From Alphaproteobacteria bacterium (GTDB lineage Bacteria; Pseudomonadota; Alphaproteobacteria; GM7ARS4; G965262615): a DNA stretch of 64,000 bases. The notes below the pieces were generated by a model that ran no database searches, was not told where the DNA came from, and saw only the letters and a list, made by a program, of their open reading frames with translations. The stretch lies in the NCBI GenBank assembly GCA_965262615.1, contig OZ253545.1, forward strand, positions 704,001 to 768,000, read 5' to 3'. Of the stretch, positions 48,977 through 59,114 are shown in pieces (position 1 is the stretch's first letter; each line of letters begins with the position of its first letter). Both the position numbers and the translations under genes were made by a program.

Positions 48977-50499
48977 TCAATCGGGCGTTTGGTTTGTATT
49001 GTCGCACTCGCGCCGCGTCCATCATGAGACGAGATGATGTGCAGTGCCAGCAGCGATGGTTTCGCACCCTCATTGAGCAAGGAACAAAAACGCAATTGGG
49101 ACGAGACTATGACTTTGCCTCCATTGATTCCATTGAAACCTATCAAGAGCGCGTGCCTCTGCATACCTATGAATCTCTGGCACAGCGATATTATGAGGGG
49201 GAGCTGCCGCCGCGAGCGGGGGTGTTATGGCATCAGCCCTGTCGCTATGTGGCACTGTCTTCTGGCACAACGACGGCTGCCACCAAGCGGCTGCCTTTGA
49301 CATCGGAAATGATGAGGTATCATCAGCGGGCGGCGTGGGATGTGATGGCGTGGCATTGTCATCATGGCGGCACACTCAATATGATGAACGGACTTTGTTT
49401 TATGCTGGGAGGCAGCACGAATTTAAAAAAACGAAGGGATTTTTATGAAGGCGATTTGAGTGCCATTGCCACCATGACATCGCCGTCTTTTTTGCGTCAC
49501 ATTATTTTTCCGCCGCGCGATTTGGCTCTGCTGAGCAATTGGGAGGAGAAGTTAGAGCGCATGGTGACAGCCATCGTGCCGCAACGCCATCGGGTGACAC
49601 TGCTCACGGGAGCGACATCATGGCTGTTGTTGCTGCTCAAGAGGGTGCAGAATCATTGTGGTGATATTCCTTTTCCCAATTTGCAATTATTGATTCATGG
49701 AGGGATGTCCTACGGCATGTATCATGAGCATCTTCAGCCACTGGTGCGGAATTTGAACGGTGTGCGGCGCGAGGTGTATCCCGCCAGCGAGGCATTTATT
49801 GCTGTGCAGGATGGCATGGCGCATGATGATTTTGCTCCGCCATTGCGGTTGTTGTCTCATCATGGCGTGTTTTATGAGTTTGTGCGTTTGCAAGATATGA
49901 AGTTGCGTCATCCTCCTGCTGTTTGGCTCGGAGATGTGACGGTTGGGGATGACTATGCCATTGTGCTCACCACGGCGGCGGGTCTGTGGCGATATGTGAT
50001 TGGCGACACGGTGCGTTTTTACGAGAAAAATCCGCCGCGTCTCAAAATCACGGGACGCATTTCGTGGTTTGTCTCGGCGGTGGGAGAGCATGTGTCTGGT
50101 GAGGAATTGGAACGAGCGGTGCGCGGGGCGATGGCATTGCTGCCGCAGCTGGGGGACATTCATGAGTACAGCGTTGGCGTTTCATTGCGTGATGATGGCA
50201 GAGGGCATCACGACTATGTCATTGAGGTGGATACTTTTGTCTCGCAAAAAAAAATGTGTGAGCGGTGTGCCATTGAGATTGATAAAATTATTCAAAAAGG
50301 CAATAGTGACTACATGGATCATCGCAAAGGAGATACGAGTTTGTTGGTGCCGCGCGTGTGCATTGTGCCAAAGGGATTTTTTCTTGGATGGATGAAACAA
50401 AGAGGCAAAATGGGGGGGCAAAATAAAGTGCCGCGAGTGATTAATGATCAAAAGCTCTGGCGACACTTGTGGCAATCGGCTGAGCAGGCTTCATGCTAA
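48973..50499 (+). CDS. GH3 family acyl-acid amido synthetase
   Basis: LSSGTT, YPASEAF, GLWRYVIGD, ITGR and GGQNKVPRV. Confidence 0.92.
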   Translation: MINRAFGLYCRTRAASIMRRDDVQCQQRWFRTLIEQGTKTQLGRDYDFASIDSIETYQERVPLHTYESLAQRYYEGELPPRAGVLWHQPCRYVALSSGTTTAATKRLPLTSEMMRYHQRAAWDVMAWHCHHGGTLNMMNGLCFMLGGSTNLKKRRDFYEGDLSAIATMTSPSFLRHIIFPPRDLALLSNWEEKLERMVTAIVPQRHRVTLLTGATSWLLLLLKRVQNHCGDIPFPNLQLLIHGGMSYGMYHEHLQPLVRNLNGVRREVYPASEAFIAVQDGMAHDDFAPPLRLLSHHGVFYEFVRLQDMKLRHPPAVWLGDVTVGDDYAIVLTTAAGLWRYVIGDTVRFYEKNPPRLKITGRISWFVSAVGEHVSGEELERAVRGAMALLPQLGDIHEYSVGVSLRDDGRGHHDYVIEVDTFVSQKKMCERCAIEIDKIIQKGNSDYMDHRKGDTSLLVPRVCIVPKGFFLGWMKQRGKMGGQNKVPRVINDQKLWRHLWQSAEQASC

Positions 50500-51092
50500 A
50501 GGCGGGGGGACTTTTTTTCTACCGCTGGTTACGCCGTCCGTTGCGGGTGGGGTCTGTGTTGCCCAGCTCGCGCATTTTCGGACGCTCAGTGGCGAGCTAT
50601 GTGTGTGATGTCATTGAGTCGCAGGGGTATGTGATTGATGTGGGTGCGGGAACGGGATCATTTTCGCGCGCCTTGCTCAATGGCGGTCTGCCGCCCAATA
50701 GGCTGGTGTTGATTGAAAAAGATGCCACACTGGCATCTTTTTTGCGGAAGAATTTTTCCCATCTGACCTTGTGGCAAGATGATGCGACAAATGTGCGCCG
50801 TTTGATTTCTCATCATCAGATTGCGCCTGTCAATTTCATTTTATCGGGCTTGCCGTTGCCCAGCATTCCGTGGCGCAAGCGGTATCGCATTTTGCTGACC
50901 ATTCGGCGATGCTTGCAGGACGGCGGATTTTACGGACAGCTCAGTTATCTGCCTTTTTTGTGCATTGGTCACAAATTGTTGCAGCGCATTGGTTTGCAGG
51001 TGACGGGGCGCGTCTTTGCCTTTTGGAATGTGCCGCCGGGGTCGGTGTGGATTTTGACGGCGTGTCCGCCTGTCAAACGGCAGGCATTATGA
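50493..51092 (+). CDS. PmtA-like phospholipid/aminolipid N-methyltransferase
   Basis: VGSVLPSS, DVGAGTG, ILSGLP and NVPPGSVW. Confidence 0.8.
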   Translation: MLKAGGLFFYRWLRRPLRVGSVLPSSRIFGRSVASYVCDVIESQGYVIDVGAGTGSFSRALLNGGLPPNRLVLIEKDATLASFLRKNFSHLTLWQDDATNVRRLISHHQIAPVNFILSGLPLPSIPWRKRYRILLTIRRCLQDGGFYGQLSYLPFLCIGHKLLQRIGLQVTGRVFAFWNVPPGSVWILTACPPVKRQAL

Positions 51093-52058
51093 TTGTTTGC
51101 CGTCATACTCCATGCGCGACCAATAGATGAGGGCGGGAATACCAATAATCAGATGACGGCAACGGCGAATGAGAGATGCCGCAAGGGCAATCTCAGGAGC
51201 AAGCCCCAAGCCACTGCCAATCAAAATAAAGCTGCCCTCTTGCACGCCAATGCCGGCAGGAACAAAGAAGGTGACGCTCTTGATGGCTTGTCCCAAGCCC
51301 TCCATGAGAATGGCTTCCGAATAGGAGATGGGCGCGCCCATCACATAGAAAATAATCCATATCTCCAGACTGCCCGCCAGCCAGCCCAGACAATGCCAGC
51401 CCGTGCTGGTGAGACTTTTGCGCATGTCGCCGTAGAGGGTCATCAGAGAATCGTGCAAATCAATGGTGGTGTCAAATTTGGAGAGCAGCAGATTTTCAAT
51501 AAAGCGAAAAATGCCCAACTTTTGCATGATGAGAAACGCACAAGTCAAAATAACCAGCACAATGCCGCCACCAATCGCACTTTGCAGCATGTCGGGATCA
51601 TTGAGTCCGTTGGCAATGTCCACCGCCAATAAAATGGCAACGATGGAAAATGGAATGAGTGCCGCCGCCTCCGTGGTGATGTCACCAATGGTGATGATGG
51701 AGGCATCTTTGGTGCTCACCTTGCCCAGAACCAACACGCGCGCCCCCACCGCATCGCCTCCCAGTTGCATCAGGGGCAGTAGATTTTTTGCCGCCTCTCT
51801 AATCCAACGAGCGCGATAAAACAACACAAAAGATGGAGGATGAGACAACAAAACACGCCACCCTTGGGTGGAAAAAACCATCGGAAAGAACAGATGCGCC
51901 GCCACAACATACAACAGACCGTGCCAACCCACCGTCAGAAAGGCTTGATACAGCTTGGCGGAGTCTTGTTGCAAGGTCAGCCACACAAAAAGGGCAATGC
52001 CCAAAAGCAGTGTGATTGATGTCACAATCGGTTGCCATTTGCTTTTTTTTTGCGTCAT
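51087..52058 (-). CDS. LPG-synthase TM domain / HpnL-like flippase membrane protein
   Basis: WIREAAKNLLP..QLGGDAVGARVL and FFVPAGIGVQEG. Multi-TM. Confidence 0.8.
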   Translation of the reverse strand: MTQKKSKWQPIVTSITLLLGIALFVWLTLQQDSAKLYQAFLTVGWHGLLYVVAAHLFFPMVFSTQGWRVLLSHPPSFVLFYRARWIREAAKNLLPLMQLGGDAVGARVLVLGKVSTKDASIITIGDITTEAAALIPFSIVAILLAVDIANGLNDPDMLQSAIGGGIVLVILTCAFLIMQKLGIFRFIENLLLSKFDTTIDLHDSLMTLYGDMRKSLTSTGWHCLGWLAGSLEIWIIFYVMGAPISYSEAILMEGLGQAIKSVTFFVPAGIGVQEGSFILIGSGLGLAPEIALAASLIRRCRHLIIGIPALIYWSRMEYDGKQS

Positions 52059-52144
52059 GTCGTCTTCGTGAGTTTTATTTTATGTGTGCTCTTGTGCTAC
52101 TTTTGTGCTAAACATCCTAACACGGGATGTGAAGGATTTGTATC

Positions 52145-53398
52145 ATGTATGAGCAGAATGTGGAATTGTTATCTGAGTCATCGGCGGGTCATTCGTTCGT
52201 TGACAAGAAACAGTATAGAGACAATTGTGCGTCATTACAATTGCCTCTTGAGGCTCTCGCCGCCACCCTTGAGGGACGCAATCAGCATCCGTTTATCCTC
52301 TTGCCCAATGAGGCGCAATTGAAGGAGATGCGGCGGGTGTCTGAGTATGTGCGTCAGCGATTCAAGCGGCTGGTGTTGGTGGGATTGGGAGCGGCATCAT
52401 CGTGCGGCATGGCGTTGGCGGCGTTTGGCAATAAGAGGGGAATTGATGTGGAAGTCATTGACAATGTGGATCGCGACAGCATCACCGCACGGCTGGCACA
52501 ATGGAATAATGAGGGGAATCATAATGAGACCGCCTATTTGCTGGTGTCTCGGTCGGGAGAGACGCAAGAGACTTTGGAACTTGCCAAATTTTTGCATCAG
52601 CACCATAAAAATTCGGGTGGCAGTGATGATGACACACCGTTTTTTGGTTTGTGTGGTGAGATGAACAGTTCGCTGGCTTCCTTTTGTCGGGATATCGGCG
52701 TGCGCTGCGTGTTTTTTGATTCTGCCGTGAGCGGTCGCTTCAGCATTGTGCATGAGGTGGGTTTGGTGCCGGCGATGGTGGCGGGATGTGATGGCACGGC
52801 TTTGCTGGCGGGGGCATCGTCACTGTTGCAATCAATTGCCAAAGGCGTTGCACCTCATGATTTTGCCCCATCGGCGGCAGCCGCTTTGATGGCTGCACAC
52901 ATAAAGAACGAGCGCACCATTCATGTCTTGCTGAGTTATGGCGATGTGTGTGGTGGACTCACGCGCTGGCTCATGCAGTTATACGGCGAATCTCTGGGCA
53001 AGAATGGCACAGGCATGACACCCATTGCGTGTCGTGGCACCAGCGATGAACACAGTCAGTTGCAGTTGTGGTGCGATGGACCTCAAGACAAGGTGTTCAC
53101 GATTTTGGCGCGCGCCTATGGTGATGTGATGGGTGAGCGGCATGCACTGGATACGATGTTAGATGCTCATTGGCGCGCGGTGCGCGATGAATTGACGGCG
53201 CAAAACAATCCATTGCGTCTTCTCACATGGTCGCACATGGATGATGAAACGCTGGGGGCGTTGGTGATGCATTGCATGTTGGAGGTTTATTTTCTTGCCT
53301 GTTTGTTGCAAGTGAATGCGTTTGATGAGCCTGCGGTGCGGGCGGTCAAGGAGCGGGTGGTGCGGTTTTACGATGATGCAAAAATGGAGGCTTCATAG
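52145..53398 (+). CDS. pgi: Glucose-6-phosphate isomerase (divergent)
   Basis: SRSGETQET, GRFS, QLYGESLGK, GTSDEHSQLQL and AFDEPAV. Confidence 0.8.
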   Translation: MYEQNVELLSESSAGHSFVDKKQYRDNCASLQLPLEALAATLEGRNQHPFILLPNEAQLKEMRRVSEYVRQRFKRLVLVGLGAASSCGMALAAFGNKRGIDVEVIDNVDRDSITARLAQWNNEGNHNETAYLLVSRSGETQETLELAKFLHQHHKNSGGSDDDTPFFGLCGEMNSSLASFCRDIGVRCVFFDSAVSGRFSIVHEVGLVPAMVAGCDGTALLAGASSLLQSIAKGVAPHDFAPSAAAALMAAHIKNERTIHVLLSYGDVCGGLTRWLMQLYGESLGKNGTGMTPIACRGTSDEHSQLQLWCDGPQDKVFTILARAYGDVMGERHALDTMLDAHWRAVRDELTAQNNPLRLLTWSHMDDETLGALVMHCMLEVYFLACLLQVNAFDEPAVRAVKERVVRFYDDAKMEAS

Positions 53399-53399
53399 C

Positions 53400-55202
53400 A
53401 TGGCAATTCGGGCGTTATCGGATCGGGTGATTAGTTTGATTGCGGCGGGGGAGGTGATTGTGCGTCCTGCCTCAGCCATGCGAGAATTGGTGGAGAACAG
53501 TCTGGATGCGTCGGCAACGCGTGTGGCGGTGCGCATTGAGGGTGGCGGAGCGTCTCTCATTGAGGTGGAAGATGATGGCACGGGCATTGTTGCCGATGAA
53601 TTGGCGTTGGCGGTGGCGCGCCATGCCACATCCAAGCTGCGAGATGATGACATTGAATCCATTGCCACAATGGGATTTCGCGGCGAAGCACTGGCGGCAA
53701 TGGGCGCGGTGTCCCATTTGACTGTTGCCTCGCGCGCCAAAGACAGTGAGCACGGAGCATCCATCAGCGTCAATTATGGCAAGAGTGAAGAGATGCGTCC
53801 GTTGGCGATGGCGCAGGGGACAAAGGTGTCATTGCAAGATTTATTTGCCAAAGTGCCTGCGCGTCTCAAATTTTTGAAAAAGCCGCAGACAGAAAACGGA
53901 CACCATCTGGATGCCTTGCAACGCTTGGCGATTGCCTTTCCCGATGTGGTTTTTTCCCTGCATTTTGACGGCAAGCAGAAACTGATGCTGCCCGCCAGTG
54001 ATGTGGCGGCACGGGTGCGTGAGATTCTGGGCGAGGAATTGATGGACAACAGTCTTTTGTGTGAGGGCGGTCGTGATCATAGCCATGTGAAGGGGTATGC
54101 GTCTTTGCCGACATATTCGGCGGCGAGCAGTTCGTTGTTGTATTGTTATGTGAATCGCCGTCCTGTGCGGGATCGGCTGGTGACGGCGGCGGTGCGCGCG
54201 GCCTATGGCGATAGTCTGCCGCGCGGCCGCCATCCGATGGGCGTGCTCTTTCTTTCCATTGCGTCGGAGTGGGTGGATATGAATGTGCATCCCACCAAGG
54301 CGGAGGTGCGTTTTCGCGATCCCTATGGGGTGCGCACACTGATTGTTCACACCATTCGTGATGCCATCGGACGCGGCGGGGCGCGCGTGGCATCGTCTGT
54401 TCATGAGCGCGCCGCCGCCATCGTCCATAAGACCAAAGCAACACCACCACCGATGCCTGCAAGTATGCCTGCAAGGCGTTCCTCACAACCAATGGACGAG
54501 ACACCGTCATTGCCTCTGGTGATGTCATCGCAGCCATCGCCGCCGTCATCTCCGCCTGCCGATTTTGCCGCATCGCCACAGGAGACCACTCCTTTGACGC
54601 AGTCGCCGTTGGGGGACGCGGTGGCACAAATTCATGACATGTACATCGTGGCACAAACGGCGCGCGGCATGGTGCTGGTGGATCAGCATGCCGCCCATGA
54701 GCGTATTGTGTATGAAAAACTCAAACAACAATGGCGGGCGGGAGAGGTGACTTCGTATGCTTTGCTGGTGCCGGTTGTTGTTCATATGGCACGCGCCGAA
54801 CAGATGGCGGTGCTGCAAGCCAAAGAAATGCTGTTCAAGTGGGGATTTGCGGTGGATGAATTTGGCAAGGAAGCCATCACCGTGCGCACCGTGCCTCAGC
54901 TATTGAAAGATGTTGCCATTGAAAAGCTCATCAAAGAACTGGCGCAATGCCTGCTACCAAACGGCAGTGATGACGAAAAACAGCGAGCCGAGGAACAAAT
55001 TGAGCGGACGCAAGAGGCGGTTCTTTCATTGGTGGCGTGTCATGGTTCGGTGCGTGCGGGGAGAGTCATGAACAAAAGCGAGATGAATGCCCTGTTGCGC
55101 TCCATTGAACAGACACCATTGGCGGGGCAATGCAATCACGGCCGCCCTGTGTATGTGGAATTCAGCAGCCAACAGTTGGGACGCTTTTTTGACCGTCACT
55201 GA
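53400..55202 (+). CDS. mutL: DNA mismatch repair protein MutL
   Basis: IAAGEVI, GFRGEALA, DMNVHPTKAEV, DQHAAHERIVYE and CNHGRP. Confidence 0.98.
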   Translation: MAIRALSDRVISLIAAGEVIVRPASAMRELVENSLDASATRVAVRIEGGGASLIEVEDDGTGIVADELALAVARHATSKLRDDDIESIATMGFRGEALAAMGAVSHLTVASRAKDSEHGASISVNYGKSEEMRPLAMAQGTKVSLQDLFAKVPARLKFLKKPQTENGHHLDALQRLAIAFPDVVFSLHFDGKQKLMLPASDVAARVREILGEELMDNSLLCEGGRDHSHVKGYASLPTYSAASSSLLYCYVNRRPVRDRLVTAAVRAAYGDSLPRGRHPMGVLFLSIASEWVDMNVHPTKAEVRFRDPYGVRTLIVHTIRDAIGRGGARVASSVHERAAAIVHKTKATPPPMPASMPARRSSQPMDETPSLPLVMSSQPSPPSSPPADFAASPQETTPLTQSPLGDAVAQIHDMYIVAQTARGMVLVDQHAAHERIVYEKLKQQWRAGEVTSYALLVPVVVHMARAEQMAVLQAKEMLFKWGFAVDEFGKEAITVRTVPQLLKDVAIEKLIKELAQCLLPNGSDDEKQRAEEQIERTQEAVLSLVACHGSVRAGRVMNKSEMNALLRSIEQTPLAGQCNHGRPVYVEFSSQQLGRFFDRH

Positions 55203-55472
55203 ATTGGTGCTTTGAATTGGTGCTTTGAATTGATGCTTTGAATTGATGCTTTGAATTGGTGCTTTGAATTGATGCTTTGAATTGGTGCTTTGAATTGGTG
55301 CTTTGAATTGGTGCTTTGAATTGATGCTTTGAATTGATGCTTTGAATTGGTGCTTTGAATTGATGCTTTGAATTGGTGCTTTGAATTGATGCTTTGAATT
55401 GGTGCTTTGAATTGGTGCTTTGAATTGGTGCTTTGAATTGATGCTTTGAATTGGTGCTTTGAATTGATGCTT
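55200..55472. repeat. 21 x 13-bp tandem repeat TGAATTG(G/A)TGCTT
   Basis: 273 bp = 21 exact units with one variable position (12 G, 9 A). It begins at the mutL stop codon. Confidence 0.97.
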
Positions 55473-55513
55473 TTAATAACCATTCTCAATTTGTTAAATT
55501 GTTAAAAAATCTC

Positions 55514-55541
55514 TTGACCTCATCTTTAAGAGCCATACAAT
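55514..55541 (+). promoter_or_regulatory. Sigma70-like promoter of the xox operon
   Basis: TTGACC-N16-TACAAT, with an AT-rich upstream region. Confidence 0.55.
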
Positions 55542-55648
55542 GCATTCATGGGTGATGGTTCCTTTCTGTCACTCTACATCATCGGATTCCGTGAGTGTGG
55601 CTTTGCTGTGTGAATGGTTTCCGATCAACCCAAGAAGGAGGTATTAGC

Positions 55649-57499
55649 ATGAAATATGCTATCCGTAGTCTTCTGAGTCTGGTTGCTTTGTCTTTCGTTG
55701 TGACATCTGCTCATGCGAATGACTGGTTGTTGGACAATCAGAAAGACCCTAAACAGTGGGTTATGCCGACAGGCAATTATGACGCGCATCGCTTTTCTCG
55801 GTTGACACAAATCAACCGCGGGAATGTGCATCGTCTGAAAATGGCCTGGAACTTCTCAACGGGCGTTCTTCGTGGTCACGAAGGCGGACCTTTGGTGGTG
55901 GACAATATGATGTATATTCATACGCCCATCCCCAATAAAGTGTTCGCTTTGGACCTTGATGAAGATGCGCGCATCGTTTGGGAGTACAATCCCGTCAAGG
56001 GCGGCAGATACCCCAGTGGAGACACTGAAGAGCGCGTGATTTCGGTCATGTGCTGTGATAATGTCAACAGAGGTGTTGCGTACACCGAAGGCGAAGGTGC
56101 TGGTGACGGTACTGTCTTCTTGCACGCTGCCGACACCACTTTGATTGCTTTGGATGCTGAAGATGGCGAAGTCAAATGGCAAGTCACCAACATGGATCCA
56201 GGAACAGGCAATCGTGGTGTGTCCGCCTCTACCGGCACAGGTGTCCCGTTCATCATCAAAGATAAAGTTGGCATTGGTTGCTCTGGCGCTGAATTCGGCG
56301 TCCGTTGTAGCTGGACCATGTATCGCATGTCCGATGGATCGCGCGTGTGGCGCGCCTATTCCATGGGTCCCGATGATGATATCCTGGTGGATCCCAATCG
56401 CACCACTCACATGCTGCAACCCGTCGGTCGTGACTCCAGCGTTAACAGCTGGAAAGGCGATCAGTGGGAAATCGGCGGTGGCTCCATCTGGGGCTGGTAT
56501 GCATGGGATCCTCGCGTGGATCTGCTCTACTACGGCACAGGTAACCCCAGCACATGGAATCCTGTTGTCCGTCCAGGAGACAACCGTTGGTCTATGACCA
56601 TCATGGCGCGCAATCCTGACACAGGTGTCGCCAAGTGGTTCTATCAAATGACCCCCCATGATGAGTGGGATTATGACGGTGTCAATGAGATGATTCTCGC
56701 CGACATTCCTGTCAAAGGGCGCAAGCGTCATGCCTTGGTTCACTTCGATCGCAATGGCTTCGCTTACACCATGGACAGAGTCACAGGTGAACTGCTCATC
56801 GCGGAAAAATATGATCCTGCCGTCAACTGGGCGACCCATGTCGATATGAAGACTGGACGTCCTCAAGTGGTGGATGCATATTCCACGCATCACAATGGTG
56901 AAGATGTCAATACAACTGACATCTGTCCCGCCGCGCTCGGTACGAAAGACCAGCAACCCGCCAGCTTCTCGCCGAAGTCTGGGTTGTTCTATGTGCCGAC
57001 CAATCATGTCTGCATGGACTATGAACCGGTGGGTAATCCTGTCTACACGGCAGGGAATGCCTATGTGAATGCAGTCTTGAGCATGTATCCGGCACCAGGT
57101 GGTACTCACTTGGGTCGATTCGTCGCTTGGGATGCGGGAACTGGACAAGAAGTATGGGGCATTGACGAACCCTTCTCAGTGTGGTCTGGCGCTTTGTCAA
57201 CCGCTGGAGATGTGGTCTTCTACGGAACGCTTGAGGGTTACTTCAAAGCGGTCGATGCTCGTAACGGCGATGAACTCTATAGGTTCAAAACCGCGTCCGG
57301 TATCATCGGCAATGTGCATACATGGATGCATGACGACAAGCAATACATCGGCATCTTTTCGGGTGTTGGTGGCTGGGCTGGAATCGGCCTTGCCGCTGGA
57401 CTCACCGATCCGAGTGCTGGTCTCGGTGCTGTCGGGGCTTACCAAAGTCTGCACAACTACACCAAACTTGGTGGTGTCCTGAATGTCTTCTCTCTCTAA
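55649..57499 (+). CDS. xoxF: Lanthanide-dependent PQQ methanol dehydrogenase
   Basis: GGAGG RBS, signal peptide, [10 protein letters not shown], vicinal CCD and [15 protein letters not shown] carries the extra Ln-binding Asp. Confidence 0.95.
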   Translation: MKYAIRSLLSLVALSFVVTSAHANDWLLDNQKDPKQWVMPTGNYDAHRFSRLTQINRGNVHRLKMAWNFSTGVLRGHEGGPLVVDNMMYIHTPIPNKVFALDLDEDARIVWEYNPVKGGRYPSGDTEERVISVMCCDNVNRGVAYTEGEGAGDGTVFLHAADTTLIALDAEDGEVKWQVTNMDPGTGNRGVSASTGTGVPFIIKDKVGIGCSGAEFGVRCSWTMYRMSDGSRVWRAYSMGPDDDILVDPNRTTHMLQPVGRDSSVNSWKGDQWEIGGGSIWGWYAWDPRVDLLYYGTGNPSTWNPVVRPGDNRWSMTIMARNPDTGVAKWFYQMTPHDEWDYDGVNEMILADIPVKGRKRHALVHFDRNGFAYTMDRVTGELLIAEKYDPAVNWATHVDMKTGRPQVVDAYSTHHNGEDVNTTDICPAALGTKDQQPASFSPKSGLFYVPTNHVCMDYEPVGNPVYTAGNAYVNAVLSMYPAPGGTHLGRFVAWDAGTGQEVWGIDEPFSVWSGALSTAGDVVFYGTLEGYFKAVDARNGDELYRFKTASGIIGNVHTWMHDDKQYIGIFSGVGGWAGIGLAAGLTDPSAGLGAVGAYQSLHNYTKLGGVLNVFSL

Positions 57500-57519
57500 G
57501 AGGGGATTATGGGAAGAGT

Positions 57520-57547
57520 GGGGCTCGAAGTTAACGCTTCGAGCCCC
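57520..57547 (+). terminator. Intercistronic stem-loop after xoxF
   Basis: GGGGCTCGAAG TTAACG CTTCGAGCCCC with no U-tract, so probably an mRNA-stabilising hairpin. Confidence 0.55.
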
Positions 57548-57571
57548 CACTCACATCAAAGGAGATCAATT

Positions 57572-58270
57572 ATGATGAAAAATTTTATGAGAACAGCAAC
57601 CCGTTTGAGTGCCCAATTGGGTGTATTGTGTGCCTTCCTCTTTGTGAATCCTTTGCTGGCGCAAGAACAGAAGGTGCTTGAACCGGAATTTGATGCCAAC
57701 GGCAACCCCATTCCTGTGACCATTGACATTGAGTATGATAGCAAAAATCGTCCCGTTGGTCTTCCCGCTGTGGAGCCACAATACAATGATGAGGAGGGAG
57801 ATCCCGCCTATTACTATGTCATCAATGGAAATCCTCCTGGAGAGCCTCCCGATTATGAAGGTATGGAACTCAAGGATGTGCTTTATTTTGTTGATCCCAA
57901 AGCCAAGACTGTGGAAGAGCGAGAACCCATCTCCGGATGGATGGATTTTGCCACCTACGACGGCTGGCGGCGTTATCATGAGTCGTGTCATGTGTGTCAT
58001 GGTCCCGATGGCATGGGGAGCACTTATGCGCCCGCCATCACTGAGAGCATGAAGACGATGAACTGGGAGTATTTTGCCAATGTGGTCATCAATGGTCGTG
58101 GACGCGCTGAGGGGGCGGCGGCGGGAAATGTCATGCCGGCATTTGGCGAGGATGGCAATGTCGCGCCCTATGTGGAGGATCTCTATCGCTATTTGAAAAT
58201 GCGCGCCGATGGCAAGGTGCGGCGTGGTGTACGCATGCCGCGGCTGCCCAAATACAAAGAGCCCAGCTAA
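57572..58270 (+). CDS. xoxG: Cytochrome c partner of XoxF
   Basis: AGGAG RBS, signal peptide, GWRRYHESCHVCHGPDG, MPAFG and YLKMRADG. Confidence 0.88.
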   Translation: MMKNFMRTATRLSAQLGVLCAFLFVNPLLAQEQKVLEPEFDANGNPIPVTIDIEYDSKNRPVGLPAVEPQYNDEEGDPAYYYVINGNPPGEPPDYEGMELKDVLYFVDPKAKTVEEREPISGWMDFATYDGWRRYHESCHVCHGPDGMGSTYAPAITESMKTMNWEYFANVVINGRGRAEGAAAGNVMPAFGEDGNVAPYVEDLYRYLKMRADGKVRRGVRMPRLPKYKEPS

Positions 58271-58291
58271 GCCAGACTTCATCAAGGTGAG

Positions 58292-59113
58292 ATGATGCGT
58301 TGTCTTGGATTCCTTGTTTGCTTCGTGGGGATGCTGTGGAGCACGCAGATTCATGCGCGTGCCACCTCTATTCAGGCGGTGGATGCCGAGACTTTGCGCG
58401 TCTGTGCTGACCCCGCCAACATGCCCTTTTCCAACAAGGAGCAAGAAGGCTTTGAAAATGACATCGCTCGCTTGCTGGCACAATGGCTGAAGAAAGACCT
58501 CTCCTATGATTGGTTTCCTCAAGCCATTGGCTATGTGCGCAACACTCTGAACAAGAAACGCTGCGATGTTTTTATCGGCATGCCCACGGGCAGTGATTTG
58601 GTTCTCAACACCAATCCTTATTATCGCTGGGGGTATAGCATGGTGTATCGCAGTGATGCGGGCATTGAGGTGGATCGCCCTGACCATCCGCAGCTGGCGG
58701 AATTGCGGATTGGCGCAGTGGCGGGAACGCCGCCCAACTATGTGCTGCACCTGCACAACTTGATGGGACGGGTGCGTCCTTACAAATTGATTTTTGACAC
58801 CCGTCTGCGCTCCATTGCTCATGAGATGGTTTTGGATTTGAAAAATGGCTTTGTGGATATTTTATTCATGGCGGATATTTTGGCTGCCCATTATGCTCGT
58901 GAGGAGGGACTGGACATCACCATGATTCCCATCACCAGCACGGAGCAAAATGATTATGGCAAGGTGGAATTTTTGATGGCGATGGGGGTGCGTCACGGCG
59001 AGAATGATTGGAAGCGGTTGCTCAACAGTTTTTTGCGTGAGGAAAAAGATGCCATTGGTGCCATTTTGCAAAAGCACCAAATTCCCGTGCGTCCCGTTCG
59101 CCCAGCGCGCTAA
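58292..59113 (+). CDS. xoxJ: Quinoprotein-dehydrogenase-associated substrate-binding protein
   Basis: LRVCADPANMPFSN, GFENDIA, TNPYYR and MGVRHGENDWKR. Confidence 0.9.
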   Translation: MMRCLGFLVCFVGMLWSTQIHARATSIQAVDAETLRVCADPANMPFSNKEQEGFENDIARLLAQWLKKDLSYDWFPQAIGYVRNTLNKKRCDVFIGMPTGSDLVLNTNPYYRWGYSMVYRSDAGIEVDRPDHPQLAELRIGAVAGTPPNYVLHLHNLMGRVRPYKLIFDTRLRSIAHEMVLDLKNGFVDILFMADILAAHYAREEGLDITMIPITSTEQNDYGKVEFLMAMGVRHGENDWKRLLNSFLREEKDAIGAILQKHQIPVRPVRPAR

Positions 59114-59114
59114 T

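Noticed and set aside
55200-55472. CRISPR array
   Set aside because: Units are 13 bp and contiguous, with no unique spacers and no cas genes in the window.
55196-55489. 97-aa minus-strand ORF (SINSKHQFKASIQ repeats)
   Set aside because: It is a by-product of the stop-free reverse strand of the tandem repeat, with no RBS or domain.
55856-58822. Long antisense ORFs (55856-57148 and 57566-58822; likewise 26231-27286, 35894-36913, 17944-18954)
   Set aside because: They are shadow ORFs opposite well-supported genes, with no recognisable motifs.
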